DNA of 63,976 bases, filler included, from Octopus bimaculoides (lineage: Eukaryota), in the NCBI RefSeq assembly GCF_001194135.2. It is 7 parts of 7 records of this genome, joined end to end, with 100 filler letters (N's around TTAATTAATTAA, not from the genome) between each part and the next. Parts side by side here need not be neighbours in the genome. Positions count along the whole stretch, not along the records: positions 1 to 26,316 come from NC_068993.1; 6 more parts are not named here. One strand, written 5' to 3'. A program made the position numbers and the translations under genes. Numbering within the stretch: the first letter of the stretch is position 1; each line of letters opens with the position of its first letter. The notes beneath the pieces were generated by a model. The model was not told the origin of the DNA, made no database searches, and was given only the letters and a program-made list of their open reading frames with translations. This document shows positions 1 to 11,972 of the stretch, in pieces.

Positions 1-156
1 CAAGTGTCTTCTACTATAGCCTCGGGCCGACCAAAGCCTTGTGAACGGATTTGGTACACGACACACACACATATATACATGCATACATATATATATAAAT
101 ATATATATGTATATTTATTTATACACACACACACACACGCACACACATATATATAT

Positions 157-547
157 GTGGCTGTGTGGTAAGTAGCTTGCTTACCAGCCACATGGTTCCC
201 AGTTCAGTCCCACTGCGTGGCACCTTGGGCAAGTGTCTTCTACTATAGCCTCGGGCCGACGAAAGCCTTGTGGGTGGATTTGGTAGACGGAAACCCGTCG
301 GATATATGTATATATATGTGTGTGTGTGTGTGTATGTTTGTGTGTCTGTGTTTGTCCCCCCAACATCGCTTGACAACCGATGCTGGTGTGTTTACGTCCC
401 CGTAACTTAGCGGTTCGGCTAAAATAGACCGATAGAATAAGTACTAAGCTTACAAAGAATAAGTCCTGGGGTCGGTTTGCTCGACTAAAGGCGGTGCTCC
501 AGCATGGCCGCAGTCAAATGACTGAAACAAGTAAAAGAGTAAAAGAG
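157..547 (+). mobile_element. tRNA-derived SINE with Meta/MESC-type central domain (a second fragment occupies 1-57)
   Basis: tRNA-like head, core caccttgggcaagtgtcttc...gatttggtagacggaaac, internal (TG)n and tail cagcatggccgcagtcaaatgactgaaacaagtaaaagag. Homologous copies recur in the window; the domain name is from recall. Confidence 0.8.
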
Positions 548-1154
548 TATATATATATGCATATATTTATATATAATACAAATATATACACATATTACTA
601 TACATGTGTGTGTAAGTGTAAGTGTGTGGGCGTGTGTTGGATTTCTAGAAAAACACGACTGAACACCTGTGCCGTATTGCGAGCCTTCAATATAATCTTC
701 AATGAGTCATAACAACACTTGATTCTCTGTTGTAGATCAATAGGCCACACATGCATTATACCCCGACAAAAGCCTCACAGGACAAAAGCGATGTTACAAC
801 CATCAGCGAGAGCACCCCATCTAGTGGGTTTGATGACGTGTCGGCGATACTATGAGCGATGCTGTGGGTATCATGCCGTGTAATCGTTCTATAGAGAAGA
901 TAAATCAGTGTTGATGCTCTTATAAATGTGTAATGGTAATTCTCTGTATAAACGGAGCCATGAGAGTGGAGTCGTGAGTCGCGAACAGATACCTCAATGC
1001 TCCATAGAAGTATATATACCTTGCATTTCAATTTCATGTTTTTTTGTTTGTTTTCTTTTTGCTAATTAGACTGCTGATAGCGGATCTAGTTTAATAACGG
1101 ACAAGCCCCATGGTCGTAATTCTGGCTATTCACATATAATGGTAATTGTTTTTT

Positions 1155-1388
1155 TATTTCTTTATAACCCACAAGGGGCTAAACATAGAGGGGACAAACA
1201 AGGACAGAAAAAGGGATTAAATCGATTACATCGACCTCAGTGCGTAACTGGTACTTAATTTATCGACCCCGAAAGGATGAAAGGCAAAGTCGACCTCGGC
1301 GCAATTTGAACTCAGAACGTAACGGCAGACGAAATACCGCTAAGCATTTTGCCCAGCGTGCTAACGTCTCTGCCAGCTCGCTGCCTTC
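1155..1388 (-). mobile_element. tRNA-derived SINE with Nin/Deu-type domain, near full length
   Basis: Minus strand shows A-box/B-box-like head (ggcagagacgttagc...gagttcaaattgc) then gtcgactttgcctttcatcctttcggggtcgataaattaagtaccag; about 20 related copies in the window. Confidence 0.85.
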
Positions 1389-2254
1389 GTAATTGTTTTT
1401 TATGATAATTGTTTTTGATGAGTTCATCATGTATTTTGCAAGAGAATGTTTACAATTTTTTCGCCCCTTTGTAGAAGCTGAATGCACTCAAACCTAATCG
1501 CGAAATTATATCAAGTTGTACATTTAGTTTATTCCATCAAATATAAAGATGTTGAATCAGTAACGTGGAAATAGAGTCGGGAAGGAATGTATCCCAATAG
1601 ACATTTATGTGTTTATCTGCCATCCTACTTCCTATTTTGTGTGTGCGTGTGTGTATGTGTGTGTGTATGTATGTGTGTACGTGCATGCATGCATACATAC
1701 ATACATGCATACATACATACATACATAGATACATACATACATACATACATACATATTCGCTCGTATTTTGATGTAAAAATGCCAAGCACTCCAAACACAC
1801 CAATTAGAAATATGTAATGGCTTAAACAAGTGTTTTTAACATTGTTCTCCTTCATACCGGTAAGTTTCGTACGGATATTTAAATGTTCTAGTCCAGGAGT
1901 CTGATGAAAATGCTTTGCGCGTTATGTCTGTGTCCTACATACAACATGGCTCTTATATTTCAATGGCCATTATATCTGTATTTGCCTTTGAGCAATACCC
2001 TCACCATCACCACTTCATTCACTGCCTGGCTATGGACCCCATACGTCTGTCATGTCTCGAACTGGAGTTTTCTATCATATATCACCATTAACCTGTGATG
2101 TCGGAGCTCTGACAGTCAAACATTCTATAAATATATGCACTCAATCTTCTGTACGTCGAGGCCTACTTGTTATCACTTACACTGCCTCAAAAATCATGCA
2201 TCAATTGTACGCAGGGTGGGGTTTAATAATTTTGTCTCTTTCAATAGCACAATA

Positions 2255-2600
2255 CATTTAATACACGTTACAGATGCAGGTGTAAAAGTGATAAAATGGA
2301 ATCTTCCACGCCACCTAAACTAACCTTCCTCTTCAGAATCAGAAAATGCCTCAGCTTTCAAAAATTTCTTTCGCTTTACAGACTGCAGAGACACTTAAAA
2401 CAGAATGTTACAACATCTACTACAGATATCGCTGCTCCTCAGAGCTGGTTTCTATCATGCTATCTCCAAACAAGCTGGTAGGGATCATTCATCGCCAGCC
2501 CCTATTGCAACTACACCAGTATGTCAAGTCCTTTCTCTACAAAACATTAGCCAACTAGAATTCCCTCTCTGACCATTTTGTTCTCACCCTGAACCGCTTC
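2255..2600 (+). pseudogene. Decayed CR1/Jockey-like LINE reverse-transcriptase C-terminus
   Basis: Frameshifted peptides KLTFLFRIRKCLSFQKFLSLYRLQ, YYRYRCSSELVSIM and KSFLYKTLAN*NSL resemble the recalled CR1-clade RT C-terminal pattern (KLGFLFRxRxYF...LLTLYKAQ; YxGRCSSEL; SFxPRTxxLWNSL). Confidence 0.5.
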
Positions 2601-2899
2601 GGCCTCACCAGTCTTGGATGGCCTTTGAAGACCATCGGCACAGCTCTTTCTACAGACAAATTCATAAAAGACGAAAACGTACAAATCGTCAATATCACAT
2701 TTTTATGGCCATGATGCCTATAGCGTAATATTGCCCCCACCCCACTAACGCTGACGTTACATCCACCAACATCACATCACCAACAGCATGCGCTGCGATA
2801 ACGCAACCATTATCGGCATATGTATTAATACCATTAACTGACACCATGCCTAATATGGCTTGCAGAATAGGTAAAACGCTAGACAGATGTTTTGCATTT

Positions 2900-3101
2900 A
2901 AGATTGGCAGAATCGTTTGCACGTCGGACAAAATACTTAACGGCATTTCGTCCGTCTTTACTGAGTTCCAATTCTGCGAGGTTGACATTTTCTTTCATCC
3001 TTTCGGGGTCGATAAAATAAGTACCAGTTGAGCACTTGGGTCGATGTAATCGACTTACCCACTTCCCGAAGTTGCTGGCATTGTACCAAAATTTGAAACC
3101 A
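2900..3101 (+). mobile_element. Nin/Deu-type SINE
   Basis: ggcagaatcgtttgcac head; ttcatcctttcggggtcgataaaataagtaccag core; ttgtaccaaaatttgaaacc tail. Confidence 0.8.
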
Positions 3102-3466
3102 TTATTTTGGTAACTTTTGATATGATAGGAATTGAAATTCTTTTGGGCTTCAATTTGTTTTTCACCCTTCAAGGGTCAACATAATCCACTATAGAAACAA
3201 GTATGTGAGACGATATCATCGATTGTCCTATCTACCACAATGTATGACATTGTGCCTATGTTTGAATCTATATCTCACTACAACCAATAATACCGACACC
3301 ACACCTATCACCAACATCACTGCCTCCAACAACATCATGAGGGATCTCATGTGGGAGCTCAATTTCTAGAGACAACAGCCAGATTCATTCATACCACCCT
3401 TCAGCTCTGTAAAAAGAGACACCTTAAATAAGAAATATAATACTAGCGACAGAGGCAACCGAGAGG

Positions 3467-3834
3467 TAATATCTATTCCCACTTAAACGTGGATGTTCTG
3501 TTAGAAAAAGAATTACTGCGGTAGATACCATGAGAAAAACACTCATACTGGCTTTTGGGGCAAAATGCACTCCTGTTTATATCGCTGTTCTGGAACTGAT
3601 TATCTATATCGATGGCAGGGAGGTGAGTCGCTGCTATCTCTAGCGGTCGAGAGTCCATCATCGATGAGACTAAGAAAGGTGGCGCTGGAGTTGGTGGGGA
3701 ATTATCTCCCCGCTAGCGATGTAAACAAGCGTGCATTTTGCACCAAAAACTGAAATGGGAGTTTCTCTCATGGTATTTACTGCAGTAAAGTTTGTCCCAA
3801 AAGAGCATCCACGTTTAAGCTGAAATAAATATTA
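3467..3834. mobile_element. Foldback MITE with ~120-bp imperfect terminal inverted repeats
   Basis: 3467-3586 is the diverged reverse complement of 3715-3834 (cttaaacgtggatg / catccacgtttaag; taccatgaga / tctcatggta; caaaatgcac / gtgcattttg). Confidence 0.75.
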
Positions 3835-3933
3835 TCTTGGATAAGGTGGTTCTGGGTTCTCTACATATTCAACAATTTGATCACGTATCTCTTTGATCAA
3901 GGTTGACCTAATGCTAAATAATAACAACAAGAG

Positions 3934-3965
<32 letters not shown>

Positions 3966-4926
3966 CCACCACCACTACTTCCAGCTATAGACCAAACAAA
4001 GGAAGGAATCTGTCCGCGGTCACTCAACTTTCTAGAAATAGCAACCAAATCTTCCTCAAATCAAACACTATTCCGTCTATAAAAAAATATATATAATACT
4101 TGATACGCCATGAATAGTCATGGTTTGAATGGATTAAATCATAGAAAATTCTCGATTAAAACTAACTTGGGGTTAAGCATCACTGCCGCTGCCTTCGTCG
4201 GCAGTAGCAGCAGTAAGCTTCAATCAGATCAGCTTTCAAAGATTTGCATGACTGTTCATCCTTTGATCTGCTATAACAGAAATAGCTGAGCTTAACTTTC
4301 AGTTGACCACTGGACGTCAATAGATCACATGTAAGCACTAGCCATAGGAGCTTACACTCGGCTTTTGTATTAAGCCTTTCATCACTGACCCATGACTAGT
4401 TCTCTCTCTCTCTCTCTCTCTCTACCCCCTCTCTTTCTGTTTACCCTTACATATAATAAATATATGTTGAGTCAGTGTATCTGTGTGTCTGACTGTATTC
4501 ATCTCTGCTTATCGCGCGTGTGTATATGCGAGTGAGGGAAGAGAGTATCTGAGTGAATGTATGTATGTGTGTACTGTTGTAGTAGAGTTGTCGATGCTGA
4601 CTAAACGAAGCCACGGCCGAAGGCTTTCCAGCCATGAACAGCCAGTCTTTTAATGATAACTTCTGAGATTTGCTTTTAAGACGGCAAAAGGTGATTCGAG
4701 GGACACTCAGGTATCAAGACGCACTAGAGATAGCAGCCGTGTTCGTAGTAGGAGCATCTACGACCATTTACATTCGCTCTCACTCCCTTGTGGAAGTGCA
4801 TAGTACATATGATGCTGCTTGAAGTTAGAATGTCGTTGCGAGAGGAGACTCTGACATGATAGCTTAGATAACTTAGGTAATTTATGGAAATATATTTTTG
4901 ATAGAGAGACTGAAAGGGAGAGCGAG

Positions 4927-4971
<45 letters not shown>

Positions 4972-5154
4972 GAGACAGAGATAGAGAGACAGACAGATAG
5001 ACAGACAAAGACAGAGAGGAAAGAGATATGTTTGTCTACAAGAATATTGATAAAATATCTGGAAAGCTTGGTGAACTCTTTTCGGTGCGTCCAAAATTCG
5101 CTTGCTGTCAAAGAAAGGCAGCGTGGTTTCGAGTTAGTCTACCCGCAAGCCATG

Positions 5155-5460
5155 AAGTCGTGTGGTTAAGAGGTTGGGGTTCTCAGCTCACGAGACTTCG
5201 ATTTCAAGCGACACACTGTGGGCTTGAGCAAGACGTCATTCCATGTTACTCTAGTCCACTCATCTGGCAAAAATGAGTTGTACCTGTAATTCAAAGGACC
5301 AGCCTTATCTCATTCTGCTTCACGATGAATCTCTTTGAGAACTACGTAAAGAGTACGAGTGTCTGTGGAATACTCAGTCACTTTCAAGTTAATTTCACGA
5401 GCAGGCTGTTCTGTTGATAGAATCAACTGGAACACTCGTCGTCGTAACCGACGAAGAGCC
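5155..5460 (+). mobile_element. Degenerate SINE of a third (V-domain-like) family
   Basis: gtggttaagagg head, gcttgagcaagac, and tail ctgttgatagaatcaactggaacactcgtcgtcgtaaccgacg; the head resembles the copy at 37275-37530. Confidence 0.5.
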
Positions 5461-6086
5461 TAGCTCGTAAGCTATTATTTTACATACTATTTTCTTACAC
5501 GAATTACATTTTCATTTAAATGTTTTTCACCCTCTTCTTGATTGTGTCGTTAGATTCGAATATTTTTCTCGCTACAGAATCTTTCATAACGTAATTCGAT
5601 AGTTGATAAACTAAAGGATCTGCTAGAGTGTATGGATAGAAGGGTTGCTTCTTCTAAAATATGACTCGGCAAATCGGGGACTCGCTCAAGCTGGTTCACA
5701 TAAAGTTATTAATCATCTAAGATGATGTGTGCCTTCGACTACTGTATTTTGACACAGAATGAGTTGTATTGATCTGATAATGATCGGAAGATACGATTGT
5801 AACAGAAATTTAAAGTTTCCAAGTAACTGAAGATATGGAAGATTTAAAGTTTCCAAGGAGCCAAAGAAATGAAAGATTTCCTAGAATCGTACTGTGGTAA
5901 ACTACTTAGCAACATCAAAACCATATTGGTAAGACTTGAAAACTGCGTGCCACTAAAGCTTATTTTCTTGCAGATGTTTGATTCTTCAGTAAATTAAGGT
6001 TTATAATATGAAATATGAATGAATCAATCCAAATATGACACCTACACTTAGTCGTAAAATCTGTTCTACCGTCTTCTAAGGTCAAT

Positions 6087-6212
6087 CACATTGAGCAAAT
6101 AAGTATCTTCCGTTCGACCATAGACTTGTCTTGACCAATTCTTGTACGAGTACATAAGTAGATGTGAATTATATAGTAAGCCATTATGTAGATACATACA
6201 TACATATATCAT

Positions 6213-6250
<38 letters not shown>

Positions 6251-6412
6251 ACACACAAACAAATATACAAAAATATATATGTGTATGCATGTATATAATA
6301 CATGTGTGTTTCTAGGCAGCGGCTTACAATATAATTCACATGTACTTATGTACACTCACAAGAATTGGTCAAGACAAGTCTATGGTCGAACGAAAGATAC
6401 TTGCTCAATGTG
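6087..6412. repeat. ~95-bp inverted duplication around a (CA)n spacer
   Basis: 6087-6182 vs reverse complement of 6321-6412: shared cgttcgaccatagacttgtcttgaccaattcttgt and tacataagta-atgtgaattatat-gtaagcc. Confidence 0.9.
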
Positions 6413-6431
6413 TTGTGCGGTGAGATTGAAC

Positions 6432-6484
<53 letters not shown>

Positions 6485-7297
6485 GAAAATTGACTATTGA
6501 TTTTATAGACAGAAAACTGCGCCCATGACCCTTCAAAGGGCCTCCGAAACCAAAGTGAGGAAGGAAGGTATCATCAACCAGAGATCTGGTTTGAATATTC
6601 GCAAAGGAAAGGACTACCTTAAACGCACTGAAAGTACCGGATAGAAGTATCAAATAGCGACGAATAAATTCTAACACTTATGTAGACTACAGTGGGATTT
6701 GAACTCAGAACGTAAATGCCGGAAGAAATATCGCAAGGCATTCAGTCCTTCGATAATAAAGCACCAATAATCTTCTGCACTAGATTTGTGCACTTTCATT
6801 GCTCCTGGAGGGATGAAAGGTAAAATTGTTTCGGTGGGATTTGAACTCCGAGTGTCGAATATCAGAACAAAAGCACGTGTCATTCAAGCTGACGTTACGA
6901 CTACTGTGCCACTTCACCTCCCGTATTTGAATGGGTTAGTGACTTTAGGTTGTTATATTGAACCTGAAGCAATTACTTCGTGTGTAAGTCATTTTACTCA
7001 ATTAAGAACAAGAAAAACTATTATATTCACGTTTGGATGATTTTCTTCCTAGCACTGTCTACTCTAAAGAATTTCGTTGCTCATTCACAACCTGGTTGCT
7101 GATACACTTACGCTGCTCCTTGAATTGATGAAGTGGAGTACTGTTATTGACTAGTTTGTGGTAGAGTGATCAAAGTTTTCAACATTTTATAGTTGACTGT
7201 GCTTTTAAGAAATAAATAAATATGAGTTTCTGTGTATTCTTAAATAGCTAAACTGATTCTTCCACGATTTAGTTGTCTGGTTGTATATCATCCATTT

Positions 7298-7298
<1 letters not shown>

Positions 7299-7387
<89 letters not shown>
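7299..7387. repeat. (TG)n microsatellite
   Basis: Uninterrupted TG run; many other (CA)n, (TA)n, (GA)n, (TACA)n and (GATA)n tracts occur throughout. Confidence 0.97.
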
Positions 7388-8753
7388 CACAGATATCTAT
7401 CGATGAAAGATGTAAACATAAGCAAGGAAACCGAAAAGTTAGTGGTTTTCGATCGCAGTCCCCTACAATATTTGTTCTGCGCTGAGTTACAGGTACTCCT
7501 TTGTCACTGCCATGGCCCAAAGTGTAAGGAACCTGTGGTTGACCTGATGGAAAATTTTAATTAATGACACTCTTTGATATCAATAGTGATACAAAGTTAA
7601 ATTCAATCAACTAATTTAGGACTTATTACAAATCATTGGTATTTTCAGATTCGCACCTACATTCTCTACAAGAATATATATTGTTTACTTTTTAGTGACT
7701 TAATACTTCAACCAATGTAATCCCACCGCCACTATTTCTCATTTCGTTTCTGTCAACAAGACTTGTTACTAATTTACTATTGTTTTTCTTTATGATTCTT
7801 ATCAGACTTACCACAAAACAGAGTTTCATTAATTACCTATTCCGAACACCTGCTTGAAGGTTTTTAAATTTCCTTCAGATGTTTTCAAATTTGTCTTCAT
7901 TGATGTAATTTTGTATACTGATGACGAAAATCACACATTTTGTTTCCAAAAACTAATAGAAGTTACAAGCATTTTAAATTGTTATTTTAACCAATAGGAA
8001 CACTCCTTTGCCGGATATAGCGGAAGTCACGACTGCTTGTCACCATGAAGATCGCACACACGACACCTTTACGTGGTCTCTCGAACTGCAAGAAATAGCA
8101 GGCAAAATATTCCTTAAAACATCGAAGACCCTTAAAACTTTTACTTTACCCCACATATATTACTTGTACTTTCTCTTTTCCTATAAGAAAACTGTAAGCA
8201 AAATTTAAAAACGAAAAAATTAGTAACCAGTCAGCTGTTTCTCTACCACCAAACTTTGTGCTTGGAGGTCCATGAGTAAAAGTTTACATCCGTGGAGTGA
8301 TTTTAAAAATCTAGTAAAATGTTGTAATACTTCAAGTGCTTGGTAGAAATTTAACGAGATCCCAGAAAGCAAACAGCGAGAACAAATACTGCAAGATATT
8401 TTGATGCTTTAACAGTTTTGTTGATCCATCGTCCTGAATTGGTACTTTATGCTATCAAAGATGAAAGTTAATAGTAACGCAGAGCGTAGAAAGCCGAAAC
8501 AAGTACCGCGAGTTATTTTATCCTAAGCATTAACTACTTGTAAATGAAAAGTAAAATCTTTAGTTTGAGATATGGCGAAAATATGTCCAGACTTTGAATG
8601 GCTGAGAATGGAAGCTTACCAGTTTATTGTTGCTTAAATATCGACAAACAAAAAGCCGGGACATTCTCTTATATTGTTACTGTTGCCTGTTTACTAAAAA
8701 AATACTAGTTTGCTTGAATTAGGAAAGTACTGAATAAACCCCAGCACAACTCA

Positions 8754-9083
8754 TTAACAATGAAACCTTAAAAAGAAATTTCTGCTGGTTCTTAACTTTA
8801 ACGAGTGTAAAAAACAAAGAGTGGGAATGATTGCAGGCCAAAAAGCAGTTAGTAGTTCTGAACGGAAGTAAAGTAACAATGAGAGTTTCAATAAAGAAAA
8901 ATTGATATGCTCTGTTGAAAATGTTAAGAACATTTTCCTTAACAATGAAACCTTAAAAAAGAAATTTCTGTTGATTCTTAGCTTTAACGAGTGTAAAAAA
9001 CATAGTGGGAATGGTTACCGGCCAAAAACAGTTAGTAGTTCTGGACGGAAGTAAAGTAACAATGAGAGTTTCAATAAAGAAAA
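8754..9083. repeat. Two-copy tandem duplication, period 185 bp
   Basis: 8754-8900 and 8939-9083 both run ttaacaatgaaaccttaaaaa-gaaatttctg...gaagtaaagtaacaatgagagtttcaataaagaaaa with scattered substitutions. Confidence 0.9.
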
Positions 9084-11695
9084 TGCTCGAATTTGCCTTC
9101 CCATAGAAACATTTAACTAGTCAACAATATCTGGCGAATGACCACTCATCAAATAATACGCATTAAGCGTTTTTATATCTACCTTTTTTCGGATAAAATT
9201 GTTTTTACATATATAAAAATTTTAAGGCTAGAATAATTCAACCTTAAAATTTAAAGTTTCAATTGTATTCCATGGGTTTTGTTAAATTTCTTTCAGCTTT
9301 GAAGTTTTTCAAATTGTCAACAGACTATTTTTTCAAAAAATGGAGTTCTGACGTGTGCTGTTGTCGAAAATCGCACTCATTTTTCTTTCTTGTTTTAAAT
9401 TTTCTCCCTAGAATGTACAAAACATCGAGACTGTTTGTCCCTATAGGAACGGCATGCACGAATCCATTATGTGGCTTCTCAACCTGCTAGGAATAGCAAC
9501 CAAATCTCCAAGTGATAAGAAGAAATTTAACAAGACCCTATTCCACCCTTCTTATTAATCTCTATCTGCGTGACTAGCAGTTTCATACACAAGACACTGT
9601 TAAAAAGTTTCTGATCAGATCCAAGGTCTACGATATAACACTTCATGACTTTGACTAGCCAATGTGTTTCATGTACCAACTCAGCAACATTTTCAGTTTA
9701 ACAGACAAATCACTCTTCCTGTACAACTCTCACTTAATATTTCCGTTTTTCTTGAAGAGGGAATAAAAATAGAAGATTTTATAGCAGCTGGAGAAATACG
9801 GAATGTGTTCAACGTAAGAGAATTAATAAAATGCATGCTGCATCACAGGTCCGTCTATCTAATGGTTATTTTTTGTCTGAACATCATAAATTTGCGTTCC
9901 AATATTTCTGTAAATATGAGGCTCGATATATTGAAGCACAAAAAAAAAACAAAACACTATTCGTATTTGTGGCGTTGTTACAATGACTACACAATTTGTG
10001 ATGTAAATATGACTTCTTTTTCAAATCAGTATAAGTCCTTAATATTTTATTTTTATCTGGATGGGTCATGGCACGGCATGTGTTATTGAAGATTTAGAAA
10101 AACCTGTTTGGTATGCTATTGCATCCATCATAAAAGCGGAGAAAATATCGATTAATTTTCTCAATGAGATACACAAACGTAACCTTTTCTCTGACTTGCA
10201 AGGGGGTGAAAACCATTCGATGAGCCCAGGTGTCAACAACGGAACTATTTTGTCTTCAACGGATTACAATAGACACGTACTATTTGATTAAAGGCGGATA
10301 TGAGCGGGTTGTCAGTAAAATTCGAGCAACTAATTAAGGAGAGCGTTGGACTTTAAAGCCTTGATGACCTGAGCATTTCGAAAAGCCTCAATAACAGTCG
10401 TAGCTGAGGAGTTGCAGGCAAAGAAAATTGGCGGATTTAAATGGACTACTCTACGAGTATTATTTTGTCAGATTTCTTCGCTATTGTTACGGCCGATGTC
10501 AAACGCGACTCGTAGCTTTTCCAAGTGTTCAAAACTAGAAGTGGAGAAACATCATAGACTTAGACTTGTAACCGCTAAATACAAATGTTTGGCCAAATTG
10601 TCACCCTGTCTCCCTATGTTTAAGGTATGCACGTTTATCAAATGTGTTGCATGAGTGGCAATGTTCTGAAGATTACACTATTTGTTGATAAAGATTACTT
10701 AGAACTTGTGTAATAGCATTCGAAGATTTATGGGAATAAAAAAAACTGAAAACCATTGTTTTGAAAGAAGTGCTGTGCCGTTACTTCCTACTGAGACACG
10801 TGAAGAACATTGTTCGTTGTCTGAATATTACGACACCAATTATAGAGAACAGTGGCCAGGTACTTCGCTGCCAGATACATAAATTTATTTTACTATAGAG
10901 AAAAAAACGTAGAGGATAATAAGCCATATGAGCGATAAGTCCAGACCCTATGCGCAGGTCCCTGCCAAGCTAATGGTATAAATTGCCAGCCTCTTTATTT
11001 ACAAGGAAGAATAAGCGTCTTCTTCTTATAGGTGTTTATGATGGAAATGGTAGTGTTGTGGACAAGATTGAGAAGCAGAGCTTTTCTTTTCTAGCCAAGC
11101 TGTTCATGAACATCTTCAAATATCACTTGATCAAGAAATTGAAATGGTAAATATCAATGTAAACGATCTTTGGCCTGTTTAAAGTGTTCTAATCTGAACA
11201 CGTGGCTGCAGACTTGATACCATAACCAAGAGAGGATACATTCTTGAAGTCAGAATAACTCGTGCTCTATGGCGTTTCTGTGATTAGCCCTGAATGTAAA
11301 AGCACTATAGTTTCTAATTTTCGTTTCTTCTTGTGTCATCTATTAGTTATCCTTGTGGATATAAAAGAAACCATCAGTATTACACTTACGTATTCTTTTA
11401 TTGTTTTATTCAGCCTAAGTTACTTAAACTAGGAATAAACAACTTGTTAAATTATTTTATGTATAAATGGGTGAGTATTCCGCACACCTGTACTTTGTAT
11501 ATATGTTCTATAAGTACATGTGTGACTCTGTGTACATAGTACAAATACACGTGCTTTCGTGTATATACCATTAGCGCATATATATATATATATANNNNNN
11601 NNNNGCTAAGTATACTTAGACTGAGACCAGTAAAACAATACAAAAATATCCAAGTATAATTATGACGCTTGGGCCCCATGGTCATGAGTTTAGGC

Positions 11696-11972
11696 TAGTG
11701 GTTCCCCCTAAATAGGTGTTACTGCCACCCCCTGGGGGCGGTGGAAAGATCCGGAGGAAGGGCGTTGAAGAAAAGTGGGGTGATAATGTGGAGGCCAAAA
11801 GTGGGCGCTGAATGTAGAAACAACAAATGGGTTAATCAAGTTAAGTTTTAGTGAAATACAATCGTTTTGAATTTGCTGCAGAAAGCGGTTTACATTTGTG
11901 AGGAGTGGTGGCGCTAGGAATGTTGTCTGGGTGCCAAGGGGGTGGCAAACTGAAAAAATTTGGGAACCACTG
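11696..11972. mobile_element. hAT (Charlie/Buster-like) MITE with perfect 8-bp target-site duplication
   Basis: Termini tagtggttccc / gggaaccactg; GTTTAGGC directly repeated at 11688-11695 and 11973-11980. Confidence 0.88.

Noticed and set aside
1901-1907. CTGATGA motifs here and at 44786-44792, 7917-7923 and 20618-20624 (minus)
   Set aside because: No stem II followed by GAAA and stem III, so not hammerheads.
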